Shown here: positions 24,625 through 39,400 of the stretch, one piece after another
How the letters are laid out: the number at the start of each line of letters is the position of its first letter
Numbering within the stretch: the stretch's first letter is position 1
Assembly: GCF_006345805.1 (NCBI RefSeq)
Contig: NC_043013.1
Location: 24,800,001-24,864,000, forward strand
Direction of reading: 5' to 3'
Length of the DNA: 64,000 bases
From: Octopus sinensis
Taxonomy: Eukaryota
Position numbers and translations under genes: made by a program
The notes under the pieces: model-generated
The model's input: the letters and a program-made list of their open reading frames with translations, nothing else
Databases searched by the model: none
What the model was told of the DNA's origin: nothing

Positions 24625-25325
24625 CTGGCAGAAACGTTAGCACGCCCGGCGAAATCCTTAGCGGTATTTCGTCTGCCGCTGCGTTCAAATTCCGCCGAGG
24701 TCGACTTTGCCTTTCATCCTTTCGGGGTCGATTAAATAAGTACCAGTTACGCATTGGGTTCGATATAATCGACTTAATCTGTTTGTCTGTTCTTGTTTGT
24801 CCTCTCTGTGTTTAGCCCCTTGTGGGTAGTAAAGAAATAGGTACTTTGTCTGCCGCTACGTTCTGAGTTCAAATTCCGCCGAGGTCGACTTTGCCTTTCA
24901 TCCTTTCGGGGTCGATTAAATAAGTACCAGTTACGCATTGGGTTTGATATAATCGACTTAATCTGTTTGTCCGTTCTTGTTTAGCCCCGTGTGGGTAGTA
25001 AAGAAATAGGTATTTCGTCTGCCTTTATGTTCTGAGTTCAAATTCCACCGAGGTCGACTTTGCCTCTTATCCTTTCGAGATCGATAAATTGATTACCAGT
25101 TTCATACTGGGGTCCAAAAATTTCGGGCCTTGTGCCGAGAATTGAAAAGAATCGTTAGCACAGCGGACAAAATGCTTTATGGCATTTCACCAGTCTTTAC
25201 GTGGTGAGTTCAACTTTCGCTAAGGTTGACTTTGCCTTTCATCCGTTCGGGTCGATAAACCAAGCACCTGTTAAATACTTTGATCGATATTATCGGCAAC
25301 TCCCTCCCTGATGCCTATAGGAGAA
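24625..25325 (+). mobile_element. Multimeric SINE family B (head plus three ~180-nt units) and a following monomer
   Basis: Unit ttcgtctgccgct...aaagaaataggta repeated; a single head at 24625. Confidence 0.85.
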
Positions 25326-25459
25326 AGGACTCATATTATTCTTCGATTTTTTAAAATTTATATTTAGACTCCGGTAAAACTCTAATATATCTGTCATAAA
25401 AATGAATGAATCAATTAACATTTTTCACATTTATATTGTTGTAAGATTATTATTATTAC

Positions 25460-25840
25460 GGCACTCCGTCGGTTACGACGACAAGGATTCCAGTTGATCC
25501 AATCAACAGAACAGCTCATTCGTGAAATTAACGTGCAAGTGGCTGAGCACTCCACAGACACGTGTACCCTAAACGTAGTTCCCGGAGAGATTCAGCGTGA
25601 CACAGAGTGTGACAAGGTTGGCCCTTTGAAATACAGGTACAACAGAAACAGGAAGAAAGAGTGAGAAAAAGTTGTGGTGAAAGAGTACAACAGGGCTTGC
25701 CATCACCCCTTGCCGGAACCTTGTGGAGATTTAAAAGTTTTCGCTCAATAAACACTCACAACGCCCGGTCTGGGAATCGAAACTACGATCCTACGACTGC
25801 AAGTCCGCTCCCTAACTACTGGGCCATTGCACCTCCACTA
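25460..25840 (-). mobile_element. tRNA-derived SINE family D
   Basis: Reverse complement begins ggaggtgcaatggcccagtagttagggagcggac; matches 50147-50525. Confidence 0.85.
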
Positions 25841-25986
25841 TAAGATCATAAATGTACTCAAAGACAGGTTTGCTTTTATTGCGTAAACAAATTTATGCAA
25901 TTATATACGCACAAGGAATTATATAATTTTCATCATTAAATACAAAACTTACGAAATGGTCTGTTGTCTAATCAGTTTATTGTTTA

Positions 25987-26870
25987 CTAGGTGATGTACC
26001 CGGTAATTCCAGGGAAAGCGGGGCTTATCCCTTGGTTCTATTTTCATAATTGTTTGGCTAATCCAACAGCAACAATACAAAGTATGTAGCCCTTAAAACG
26101 GTTTTTGTGCATTTACAGAGAATGCTGAACTGTCTTACACAGGATCTTGTTTTTAGGAATTCCCAGTAAGTTATGGATACCCAAATTGTGAAGTCAGTTA
26201 TATGATAACATGAAATTAGTTACCCGACAGTAAGAATTCAAATAAAGTAGCCCCGAAAGGGGCTTCAATGCGTTCCCAGAGTATATAGAACTTAGGAGGA
26301 AATACTAAGGTTTGTATACTAAAATCGTGAAGCATATTACGTAATAACAGGCTAATCAGATATGAGATAATAACAATTCAAAGTAAATAACTCTGAAAAG
26401 GGATTTTGTGCGTTTCCAGAGAATATTACCCTCAGCGGCGCTAGTGTGGATGTATTCGTGAATAAGTCATTAACCGAAATAAGTGGATCTATTGTTTAGG
26501 AAAATACTATTGTTTCAGAGTTGTGCTGGATAAATTGCGAAAATAACTCTAGCAGTTCAAATACGAAGAAATAAGCATACTCAATTTGATTTATACTAAA
26601 TAATTTAGGAAAATGAATGGGTTATTTCCCATCCAGGGGCAAATGGGTTATTTCCCTCGGCTGTTAAAAGAAATTATATTAGACATATATAAGGATCTCT
26701 TCCAGGGGCCCTATTATCGATATGTTTTCAACAATCTGAGTATGCCATGAGGTTTCTAGACATGAATTCTACTCACGTGTCAAGTTTCATCAAAATCGAT
26801 TAAACGATGTAGGAGGAGTTAGCTAACAACTCCACAAGCACACCCACAGAATTTCCCACATATGTAGTAC
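25987..26870 (+). mobile_element. Probable non-autonomous Helitron-like (Lep1/DINE-type) element
   Basis: Start actaggtgatgtacccgg, internal GNRA hairpin agccccgaaaggggct, end tcaagtttcatcaaaatcg...cacagaa. Confidence 0.35.
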
Positions 26871-27259
26871 ATATGGGACGCAACAGTTTTCATGCAAAAC
26901 CGACAGTTTACGAGCAAAATTTCTAGGCTGATGATATATGTTTTACTCTACTGTTGCTAAGTATCATACATAACGATGCGAAAAACTGGATCACAACATT
27001 TCATCATCCTGAAAATAGACTTAGGAGACGTAGAATTTACTACTATGATGAAAATATGCTAGTATTACTATATTGATTGGTATTTGCGTTGTATTACATA
27101 ATTTAAATTCAAAAATAAGCCAGTATTTTATTGATTGTTTGGTGGTACTTTGGTGCTAAATGTAGTCGTTTCTTTTTTTATTCTTTTCACAGAATACACT
27201 GTAGATCATTTCCATCCCTTTTCTGATTAAAATCTTTCTTTAAACGTGGTTTTCATATC

Positions 27260-27322
<63 letters not shown>

Positions 27323-28154
27323 ACGCACACACACACACATACACACACACACACACACTCACACACACACACACACTCACTCATACGCGCACACACACTG
27401 GCATAAAATGGCTAAATTAGGTGAATAAGAATCTAAATCAAGAAAGATGATATAAAGGGGAATTTGAACAGTTGAGTCATGTGTTTTCATAGAGAAATAA
27501 TAAGACGTTTTATGTATTCTTTTTCTCGAAACCATCATATTTTGGTAAGTGGAATACTGTAGAACATCATTCTGGTTTCTATCTAAGATTTCGCCCATTC
27601 TATCAGCCACAGATAATTGTGTTATGTGAGCCAACAAAAAGGTTTTCTTGCAAATGTAGATAGCAAAAGACGTCTGCGTTGTCCTGCAACACCTAAACGT
27701 TTTAAATAATTGAAACCAACTTGTCTATCAGAACACTGGTCTACCATCAATATAATGATCATAATCATAGTTTAATTCTCTAAACAATGAATAATTGAAA
27801 AGTCTCGTACAAATATTTAATGCAATGATTTCTAATATATGAGCATAAATTCTCAAATTGTATGGAAAGATTCGGAGCAATTGTGATCAAAATTATTCCA
27901 ATTATGATCATTGTATCTTTTAAGGGATATCTGAGATTAGATTATTCAGTGTCTATCCTTTTTATGACGACAGGCAGTGAAATTTGGCTGTTATTTTTAA
28001 CTGGGCGGGTTCCCATTTGAAGGCTTCCTCGTTGGCTTAGAACTGATGTATTTGCGGTGGATTTCAGTATAAGAAAGTTATAAGCTTTTTTAATAACAGA
28101 CAAAATGGGTCTGCCGCTTGCGTGTGTCTTCTTGAACAAATATTAAAACGGTGT

Positions 28155-28780
<626 letters not shown>

Positions 28781-28864
28781 TTACCATACGTTCCATATTA
28801 TCCTTTAAAATACTTATAATGAATTGACTCTCAATCCTTTCTTATGGAGGGACAATGCGTTAAA

Positions 28865-29340
28865 TTCCGAAAGATTTACAGATTTTTACAGTTCCAGTGA
28901 TGGTCTTTTACTTGTTTCAGTCATTAGACTGTCTTGAAGAATTCTTAGTCCAATAAGTCCAATGGATCTGTAGTCTTCGAATTAGCTTCCTCCTTTCTGG
29001 TTTTGAGAAGCCTAATTTTTCAATATTTGTATTTAGGCAGTATGTTACATATCCCACAACCCCAATTATTACAGGTATAAACCTGAACTTGCAATCTGGA
29101 TAGAGTAACTGCAGATTTCCCAATAGTTCAGCATAGGTATTCTCTTTTTCACTAATCTTCAGCTTTATGTTAACATTCGCTGGGCAGGAAAATTTCCACA
29201 TCTGTGCATAGTTTCTCTTCTCTATCCCAAATCATTATATCAGGTATGTTGTGCTTACATTTTATTGGCCTTCACTGGTACATTCCACCAGTATTCCTTT
29301 TTATTATGAGTGGCAATGACTTCTACTATACTGTGTGTTC
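28865..29340 (-). mobile_element. R4/Dong-clade LINE 3' fragment (REL endonuclease region)
   Basis: EYWWNVP...NIPDI...SCPANVNIKLKISEKENTYAELL...FIPVIIG; 5' end abuts (TATG)n. Confidence 0.8.
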
Positions 29341-29509
29341 TTATGTATGTATGTATGTATGTATGTATGTATGTATGTATGTATGTATGTATGTATGTAT
29401 GTATTGTATGTATGTATGTATGTGTGAATGTGTGTGTGGGGAATATATCTATACACACACATACACACGGACTCACACACACACACAGGTACACACGCAC
29501 ATACATACT

Positions 29510-32270
29510 TCAGCTTTATGTTAACATCCTCTGGGCAGCTAATTTCCACAACTGTGCACAGTTTCTCTTCTCTATCCCAAACCATTATATCAGGTATGTT
29601 GTGCTTACATTTTATTGAGGTCTTCACTGGTACATTCCACCAGTACTCCTTTTCATTATGAGTGGCTATGGCTTCTGCCATACTGTGGGTTTATATTTCT
29701 TTGTCCTCGGGATTATCCTTCTGACGGATTTCATTATAGAGTGTCCTCATATCTCATCGGTAGATAATACCGTGATGACATTTTCGGACGCTGCTTATGG
29801 TGTGGGTGATATTTTCGATGTTAACTCCACAAAGTCTGCATCAGTTGTCACATTTTACGGCTTTTCCCGCATCTCTATCCCTTTTGTGCATCAGGTACTT
29901 GGTTGATATTTCCTGTTTCTGGATTGCAAACACATACCCTTCAAAGTGGGAGGTAGTAAACCTGCTACTGGCCCAAGATAAACTGCTTTGATGAACGATG
30001 TCACTATCATCTCGGAGCTTTCTACAAACATATTCATGCGTAGTCTTCTGCTTATACAGGCCCATCCTTTCATCTGATGATACGTTGCGGTAGAGTTGTG
30101 CGACTTCTTTGGGCATGTATTCTATTCAGACAAAGAATGTTGCTCAAGGAGCTGCCTTCCAAGTCTTATGATGTTATCAGCTTCATGTATGCAAACTTGG
30201 TCAAGGGATGCACTTCAACTCTGGTGGTTGAAATTTGTTGCCGAAGGGATATGGTGCGACATTCAAAGGCATTTTGGATCGATATTTAGTTTCTGTTTTA
30301 GATAGAGGCGGTTTATGTCACTGTTTATGTGGAAATTATAAGTGCTTGTTAATATTTTTCGGATTTTCACATCAATGGCTCGGATCTCATCAAGCGACCC
30401 AAATGTTGGTATGAGTATTGGCACTGCAAACACATTGTGGGCCACTAGAGTTCTGAGATCCAAATTTTCTTTATTTGGTTGTAATATTCTTTAGTGACAC
30501 GCGTTGTGTTAAAGGTGCCACTGTAAGATACATTTTCATCCACCCCTAGATACCTGTAACATTCCTCGTCAGATACAGGGGAGACAGACAAATCATTGAC
30601 AGAGATGCTGCTAGTCTGGTTTATAGTTTTCGCCCTTTTCATAATCATATAACAACATTTATCCTGACCAAACATCAACCCTACATCTTTTGAGAATATT
30701 GTAACTAGGTCAAGACTCTTTTCATCTCATGCATATTCTTTGCATAAAGTTTTAAGTCACCCACAAAGAAACCGTGTGTGATTTTGGTATTTCTGTTTCC
30801 TTGTGAATCAGTGAGATAGACTTCAGACTTCCTTAACATGAATGACATGGGGTTTACAGAAAGTATAAACATCGCAGAGAAGCTGTCTCCTTAGAATATG
30901 CGATATTGTATTCTATCGGTGATAATACATTCGCTCTTTGTGTTTAATTTCAAGATGGTGGCTTACGATGAGGTCAGGTCAGCTATGGATTTGACTATTT
31001 TCACTGGAACTTTGGCAAGTTGAAGGGCTTCCAGCATCCGTGAATGGGAACAGAGTCAAAGGCTTGTTTGTCACCTAGCCACATTGAAACTAGGTTTCTC
31101 CTGTACTCTCGCGCCTCTGACATCACAGTTTTGTTGATAAGCAATTACTCGGCACATCACCAGACTCCCTTCTTCCCAGCTGCTTGTTCTGCTGTGATAA
31201 TGTTATTGGTTTCACAATGGCCCTGGAGGAAGAGGTTTAAACATGCTGTAAATATTTTATACATTAAGTTCTGGCATGCAATTGACCGGTAATTTTTTGC
31301 CGTGTAGGTAGTTCAGTATTTGGGGATCAATTTTGTCTCAGCCAGAGCTAGCCCGTGTGGCACGCTACTGTTCCCAATGAAAGCTTGCTGGCACAGATTG
31401 ATAAGGTATGCTTGGTAGAATGTTAGCTTCTTGTACCAATATCCAACAATCAAGTCTCTTCCAGGTATTTTTCCATCCTGGAGTTTCTGGATGACAGTTT
31501 CGAGAGTTTCACCATCAATGTTTGTATGTCTTGGATGTAACGTAGGAGCAATAAGTTTTTCGGATTTCTTCCATCCACAAAGCATCTTGGTTAAATTCCT
31601 TCTTTTCACTCCAGATTTTCTTCCAGAAGGCGTCTATGTATTTTCATGAAGGAGCTTCCGTGATATTTATTGCTCCTCCTCTCATGTTTCTGTATACTGC
31701 TGCCTGGTTTCAGCTAAATTTTTTATTTATTGTTCTTCTCTCGGTTATTCTCTTCTGATGTCGGAGTTTTTCACTGACAGCTTTTAGTTCCTGCTTGAAC
31801 GTAATCAGTTTGCAAGTGAGTGTCCTCCTTTTGTTGTCTCCAAACACCATTTCTATCTCCTACTTTACTTTCTGTTGGTGGGACCGTTTAGTGATTTGCT
31901 TGTTTGCATGCAATAAGCATCATTACATGACTGATGGTCTTCTCCAAATCAGTTATCTTTTTCTCTGTCTTCAAAACCCATAATGGTACTTTCTTTGTTT
32001 TTCCGGTTTTGTTTACTTTCTGAATATAATTCATGTACTATTTTACAGTAGTAGCCAGAGCATATAGACAGGTGTTAATCTGCCAGAATGTGGGTTCATC
32101 ACACTGTTGTAAATACTCAGCACAAATTTTGTTAACAACTTCTAATACTGTATCTGGTGATTTTTACTTATTTTAGTAGAGAATACTCTCCTCGAGAAAG
32201 TCCTTCAAATCCAAAGTTATTTTTTCTCGGAAAATTTCACTAAGGGCACATTTCAACGGCATATAATCCT
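29510..32270 (-). mobile_element. R4/Dong-clade LINE, decayed long fragment (N-terminal region, RT, CCHC, REL endonuclease)
   Basis: WQINTCLYALATTV, KIPGRDLIVGYWYK, FGQDKC, CYRYLG, FEGYVFAIQKQEI, HNIPDIMVWD...VEISCP; many stops and frameshifts. Confidence 0.85.
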
Positions 32271-33744
32271 GACTACTACTACTACTACCACCACCACCAC
32301 CAACACCACCACCACTTCTACTACTACTACAATAATCGTTGCGGTTGTGCCTGCTATTTACCATAGTCGCTATGTATGTATGTATGTATGTATGTATGTA
32401 TGATTGTTTTTATGTTAAGTTATCAATTTAACACCAAACTGAATGATTATTCCCGGCTTCTTTGTTAATTTTTTTTCTTCTAGGAAAACGTTCAGAGTGA
32501 CTAGTTTCGGTTGGTTGGACGTCATTTTATATAGCGAACAAGCCGAAACTGTAAAGTCACCAGCAAACTTTTTCTTTGTAAAAGTTAATAAGTGTATATG
32601 AGTGCGTGAGAGAAAGAGAGGCGGGGAGGGAAAGAGTGTGTGTGTGTGTGTGTAGTGTAGTGTGTGCGAGAAAGAGTGAGTGCGTGTGTGAGTGAGTGGG
32701 CATGTGTTTGTGTGTAGCCAGTGTGTGCGTATGTATTAAATAGTTCGGACCAGAGCAATAATAGAAGACTCTCGATCAAGTCGCCACTGAACTCTAAACC
32801 AAACGATTGGTAAGCAAACTTCTTACCACACAGCCATTCCAGAGTCTATTAATTATATTATTTCTTGCATAACAAATTTGATGAGTATCTCCTACTATCC
32901 TGGTTTTATCGAACACATTTTCACGCAGCAGGCTGGTTGAAGTATTTTCTAGTACGCTTTAAGAATCAACCACGTTTGCTGTCATCTTTTGACTCTTAAC
33001 AGAAATCAATAGTCCACATTCCGTATTATGGTGTATCTGTTATTCTGCCACTTTGGAGGCAAGTATTTCCGGGTACCACGTTTGTAAGCAACATATACAT
33101 ATCGTCTTCGCTTGCATGGTGATTTCAACTATTGGCCCTCTCCACATAATAATTAGTCGATGTGTTGTGTTTCTAGTGATTGCTAATTGTTAATGTCTGT
33201 ATAATTATGTATTCCTTTCCAACTGGATTAAAATTTACACGCTTGCCTGGCTGAAATTCAGTGCAGAAGTACTTTATTTTTATTTTCGTTTTTATTTATC
33301 TATTTTTATTTTTCGTTCATTCGAGACTTGTCCAACGAGATATATTTGCGTGTTGCTTTCATTCAAGCAAAAAGCATTTGAAAACAAAAAAAAAACAAAT
33401 GAAAAACAACAGACCGAACTAAATTCCTTTACATCTAATCTACTCTTCATAATCTTGGATTTCGATGATTCTGGTTGCTTTACCATGCCGGAGGATAACA
33501 CATTGATGCTACTTGAAGACATTTACCGTCGAGGGTATAGGAAAACTTATAAAAAAAGAGTAAGAGATTATATGTTTAAAATACACACTCTATTCTTATC
33601 TTTCTTCTCCCAGCCTTTCCAAATAATGTTTGTTGTTTTTTTCTTTCTTATTGGACATTAAGTTTTCCACTTGAAATGTAAACAACTCTAGCAAACCCAC
33701 CGACGCAAACGCACACATAAACACGCACGCGCGGACATTTAAGC

Positions 33745-34130
33745 TCTTTTACTCTTTTACTTGTTTCAGTCATTTGACTGCGGCCATGCTGGAGCACCGC
33801 CTTTAGTCGAACAAATCGACCCCAGGACTTATTCTTTGTAAGCCTAGTACTTATTCTATCGGCCTGTTTTGTCGAACCGCTAAGTTACGGAGATGCAATC
33901 ACACCAGCATCGGTTGTCAAGCGATGTTGGGGAGACAAACACACACACACACACATATATACATATATACGACGGGCTTCTGTCAGTTTCCGTCTACCAA
34001 ATCCACTCACAAGGCTTTGGTCGGTCCGAGGCTATAGTAGAAGACACTTGCCCAAGGTGCCACGCAGTGGGACTGAACCCAGAACCATGTGGTTTGTAAG
34101 CAAGCTACTTACCACACAGCCACTCCTGCG
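33745..34130 (-). mobile_element. SINE family C, full length
   Basis: Reverse complement of head (ccacacagccactcctgcg) and tail (cttttacttgtttcagtcatttgactgcggcc). Confidence 0.9.
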
Positions 34131-34697
34131 GTTGATGTTTATTTCTTTATTGCCCACTGGAGGCTAAACATAGAGGGGACAAACAAGGACAGACAAAGGG
34201 ATGAAGTCGATTACTTCGACCCCAAGACGTAACTGGTACTTATCAAATCGACCCCGAAAGGATGAAAGGCAAAGTCGACCTCGGCGGAATTTGAACTCAG
34301 AACGTAAAATAAGTACCAGTTGAGTACTGGGTCAATGTGATCAGCTCTCCCCTCTTCCCCTAAACTTCGGGCCTTGTGCCCATTGCAGAAAAAGTATTAT
34401 ATGATACCACGCTATATCTATCTCTTGGATACTAATCCTACATTTAACAAATTATAATACATGAAAAAATGTTAGAATTAATCTTGTCATGAAAATCATC
34501 TTTTATTTTGATTTATTAATTTTTTTTTTTTTTTGTCTTCGATCTGTTACTTGTTTCGGTCATTAGACTGCGACCATGCTGGGGCACCTCGTGGAGGAAT
34601 TTTAGTCGAACGGATTTGACCCCAGTACTTTTTTAAAACCTGGTGTTTATCGTACCGATTTCTTTTGCTGGGAGGACAAATACAAACAGAAAGACAT

Positions 34698-34719
34698 GCA
34701 CATACATACATACATACAT

Positions 34720-34772
<53 letters not shown>

Positions 34773-34804
34773 TACATACTTCATACACACACACATACAT
34801 ACAT

Positions 34805-34835
<31 letters not shown>

Positions 34836-34866
34836 TACATACATACATACATACATACATACACAC

Positions 34867-34899
<33 letters not shown>

Positions 34900-34942
34900 T
34901 ACATACATACACACATACATACATACATACATACACTCACAC

Positions 34943-34979
<37 letters not shown>

Positions 34980-35092
34980 TACATACATACATACATACAT
35001 ACATACACACACACATACATACATACATACACACACACATACATACATACACACATACATACATACATACACACACACATACATACATACAT

Positions 35093-35123
<31 letters not shown>

Positions 35124-35172
35124 TACATACACACACACACACACATACATACATACATACATACATACACAC

Positions 35173-35205
<33 letters not shown>

Positions 35206-35248
35206 TACATACATACACACATACATACATACATACATACACTCACAC

Positions 35249-35290
<42 letters not shown>

Positions 35291-35294
35291 ACAT

Positions 35295-35325
<31 letters not shown>

Positions 35326-35350
35326 TACATACATACATACATACATACAT

Positions 35351-35389
<39 letters not shown>

Positions 35390-35462
35390 CATACATACAT
35401 ACATACACACATACATACATACATACATACATACACACACACACATACATACATACACACAT

Positions 35463-35499
<37 letters not shown>

Positions 35500-35504
35500 T
35501 ACAT

Positions 35505-35535
<31 letters not shown>

Positions 35536-35576
35536 TACATACATACATACATACATACATACATACACTCACACAC

Positions 35577-35609
<33 letters not shown>

Positions 35610-35626
35610 TACATACATACATACAT

Positions 35627-35659
<33 letters not shown>

Positions 35660-35680
35660 TACATACATACATACATACAT

Positions 35681-35717
<37 letters not shown>

Positions 35718-35726
35718 TACATACAT

Positions 35727-35785
<59 letters not shown>

Positions 35786-35830
35786 TACATACATACACAC
35801 ACACACACATACATACATACATACATACAC

Positions 35831-35861
<31 letters not shown>

Positions 35862-35908
35862 TACATACATACACACATACATACATACATACATACATAC
35901 ACTCACAC

Positions 35909-35943
<35 letters not shown>

Positions 35944-35952
35944 TACATACAT

Positions 35953-35985
<33 letters not shown>

Positions 35986-36239
35986 TACATACATACATAC
36001 CATACATACATACATACATACATACATAACACACACACACACACACACACATACATACATACATAACACACACACACACAATACATACATACATACATAC
36101 ATACATCATACATACACACACACACACATACATACATACATACATACATACATACACATACACACACACATACATACATACACCACACACACACATACAT
36201 ACAACATACACACACACATACATACATACATACATACAT

Positions 36240-36276
<37 letters not shown>

Positions 36277-36281
36277 TACAT

Positions 36282-36314
<33 letters not shown>

Positions 36315-36404
36315 TACATACATACACACACACACACACATACATACATACATACATACACACACACACCACACACACATACATACATACATACATACAT
36401 ACAT

Positions 36405-36443
<39 letters not shown>

Positions 36444-36461
36444 CATACATACATACATACA
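34698..36461. repeat. 1.76-kb compound (CA)/(CATA) microsatellite
   Basis: Direct reading; source of the spurious 300-670 aa ORFs. Confidence 0.95.
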
Positions 36462-36954
36462 CTTTGTTTTGGGATTTGGTTTGCAAGATTCTTTATGTGA
36501 GTTTGTGTGTTGAAGCATATTCTGTTGTGTCTGAGGAGAGTCATTCTCTTTTAGTGCCTTATTATTTAACACACGCGCGGGTAAAGTTGCCACTCATTAA
36601 TTATTTATTATTCCTAAAATTTTCGTTGTCTTGTAGCCTTCTCAATAGTCGTTGACTCTGTCCGTTATCCGAGCTGCGTTCATTTTGTTTGTTTGTGCGC
36701 ATGTGTGTGGGTCAGTGTGTGTACGCATACATATGTATGTGTGTATACCTTATGTGTGTGCGTGTGCGTATGTATATATATTATATGTATGTATCTATGT
36801 GTGTACGTTTTATCTATGTATTCTGCATATTCATGTGTTTGTGTGTTTTTATGTGTATGTGTTTGCATGTGTGTGTGTACCTTTGTCTCCTTGTGTGTGC
36901 ATATGGTCATATGTTTCAGTCTTCATTTGCGTGTGTGTGTGTGTGTGTGTGTGT

Positions 36955-36988
<34 letters not shown>

Positions 36989-37056
36989 CTTATCTGTTCA
37001 TATTACCTGTGTACCTATCCGTCTGTATGTCTAGCTGTTTACATTCATATCTATGT

Positions 37057-37756
37057 ACTTTCGGGCCTGGGCCTATGGATAACTTCCAGAAATCCCTTGC
37101 CTGGTAGTGCAACTGAGGGGCGCTGCCTGTACGAGATAAACTTTACAGGCACGGAAGTGCCGTCAGCCGGGCTTGCCCGACCCTAGTCCAGTGTCGTTTA
37201 TGTTGAACACCTGCTGTGACGTGTAGGACAGATCCGGCTATTAGTTGAATCTGTAGTGTAGATTGCCCTGCCACCCTCTTTTTGCCTGGATGCGTAGGCA
37301 ATTTTTTATTTGTCTAGTGGCTGTAGCGAAAGAGGTAGTATGGTGGACCCGTTTGAAAGGGCTAAAGACAGATACTTTTCTCTTTGACCAAGCCCTCATC
37401 AACTTTTTCAAGTTCCAATTGAAAAGGAAGTTGAGGGGGGAGAAGGAAGTGTTGCCTTGTAGCAAGTTTGTTGAAAGGTGGGTGAATGTTGGAATAATGG
37501 CCTGTGTGAAAGGACCAATTTCTGAAGATACATTTGTAAAAAGAGAAGTAAAGGAGTAGGATACTTGCCCTGTTGTTCAGGCATCCGTGGCTTTTGTGGA
37601 CTTTTCTATGAGGACCTTAAAGTGCCTTCCCTACTGGGAGTTTTAATTTGTTTAGTTTCTTATTGTTATATATATATTGTTTACACGCTGTAAAACCCAT
37701 TGTATCGTCCTGTTTTTGTCTTTTATGTTGCTGTATGTCTTGTGGCTAATAAAAGA

Positions 37757-37821
<65 letters not shown>

Positions 37822-37830
37822 CAACAATAA
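37057..37830 (+). mobile_element. Tx1/L1-like LINE 3' fragment with (AAT)n tail
   Basis: TFGPGPMDNFQKSLAW, VRDKLYRHG, AKEVVWWTR...FFKFQLKRK...FVERW; homologous to 58200-58700 (-). Confidence 0.75.
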
Positions 37831-37963
37831 TAATATTGATATTCTTATTATTATTTCGATAAAATAAATACCAGTTGAGTACTGGGGTCGATGTAATCGA
37901 CTATCCCCCTCCCCGAAATGTCAGGCCTTGTGCCTATAATAGAAAGGATTATTATTATTATTA

Positions 37964-37998
<35 letters not shown>

Positions 37999-38525
37999 CA
38001 TCATCATCACCATCATCATCATTATCATCATCATTATCATCATCATCATCATCATCATCATCATTATTATTATTATTATTATTATTATCATCATCATCAT
38101 CATCACTTTTATTATTCTTAACACTGTCGAGTCACCGATGACTGGATTTTGGAATTCATTCTGTATCACATTCTCCGCAATAATTGTCAATTTACTTGAT
38201 ACCCTGTTTAACATAATTATCATAATTATACACGAGACTGACTTCTGACAACCTCTGGCGAGGTCAGCCTGATGTTAGGCCTTAATTATAACAGTTGTAA
38301 ATGTATTTAACTGTTGTGTCAATCACCTCTTAATAAATTCCATTTCGTCGTTCTTAAAATATAATCTATTAAAGACAGAAAATACTGTTCATACTTACTT
38401 GAAATTCTGTTTTCAATTATGCGAGTATTTCGTGTTCTTACCTTCTTAAATATTTTGCTTTGAGCGTGTGTATGTACACCAATGTATGTATGTATTCATG
38501 CATAAATACGTGTCTATATGAATGC

Positions 38526-38556
<31 letters not shown>

Positions 38557-38635
38557 TGTATGTATGTGTGTGTATGTATGTATGTATGTATGTATGTATG
38601 TATGTATGTATGTATGTATATATGTATGTATGTAA

Positions 38636-38666
<31 letters not shown>

Positions 38667-38668
38667 TG

Positions 38669-38785
38669 TCATTATTCAGTTTTATTTCAAGATTTCTTGT
38701 TAATAGAGAAAGAGGCGATTTCTAACCTAGATTCAAGGCTCCTTCATTGGAATTTCAACATCAACAACACGGTATTTTTGTCGTT
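38669..38785 (-). mobile_element. Unclassified retroposon 3' end embedded in (TATG)n; second copy at 42350-42455 (+)
   Basis: gttgatgttgaaattccaatgaaggagcc...aaaactgaataatgacatac shared by both copies. Confidence 0.6.
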
Positions 38786-38924
38786 AGACATACATGTATG
38801 TATGTATGTATGTATGTATGTATGTATGTTTGTGTGTATGTGTGTATGTGTGTATGTATGTATGTATGTATGTATGTATGTATGTATTATGTATGTATGT
38901 ATGTATGTATGTATGTATGTATGT

Positions 38925-39400
38925 GCAGGTTTGTATGTTTTATGTATGTATTCTCATGCATACATTTGCATATCGAGACATGCTTATATATATTCAAATG
39001 ATAAACTTCTGGAAAGTTTTACAGACTTTTACAGTTCCAGTGATGGATTGGATCTGTAGTCTTCGAATTTGCTTTCTCCTATCTGGTTTTCAGAAACCTA
39101 ATTTCTCAAGATTGGTATTTAGGCAGCGTGTTACATATCCCACAACCCCAATTATTACAGGTATAAACCTGAACTTGCAATCTGGATAGAGTAACTGCAG
39201 ATTTCCCAATAGTTCAGCATAGGTATTCCCTTTTTCACTAATCTTCAGCTTTATGTTAACATTCGCTGGGCAGGAAAATTTCCACATCTGTGCATAGTTT
39301 CTCTTCTCTATCCCAAATCATTATATCAGGTATGTTGTGCTTACATTTTATTTGTTTCACTAGGTACATTCAACCAGCATTCCATACTGTGGGTTCTTAT
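38925..39400 (-). mobile_element. R4/Dong-clade LINE 3' fragment flanked on both sides by (TATG)n
   Basis: Same REL region as 28865-29340; 3' UTR ends in ...aaacctgcacatacatac. Confidence 0.8.

Noticed and set aside
21594-25145. CRISPR-like appearance of regularly spaced repeats
   Set aside because: Units are long and the inter-repeat sequence is also repeated; eukaryotic context with no cas genes
27942-28139. Possible Penelope RT remnant (GRPILS, LQMGTRP)
   Set aside because: Motif spacing is inconsistent with RT; too weak
32490-32540. GAAACTAGTC on the - strand
   Set aside because: No CUGANGA core or stem I upstream
33455-33530. EF-hand-like DFDDSGCFTMPE
   Set aside because: No AG acceptor immediately upstream and no supporting flanking helix; likely chance
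34547-36655. ORFs of 300-670 aa (HTYI/MYVC repeats)
   Set aside because: Stop-free translation of (CA)/(CATA) microsatellite; the same applies to the YI-repeat ORFs over (TA)n throughout the window
38130-38200. Minus-strand exon-like segments here and at 47740-47810
   Set aside because: Short, weak splice context, no homology or consistent gene model
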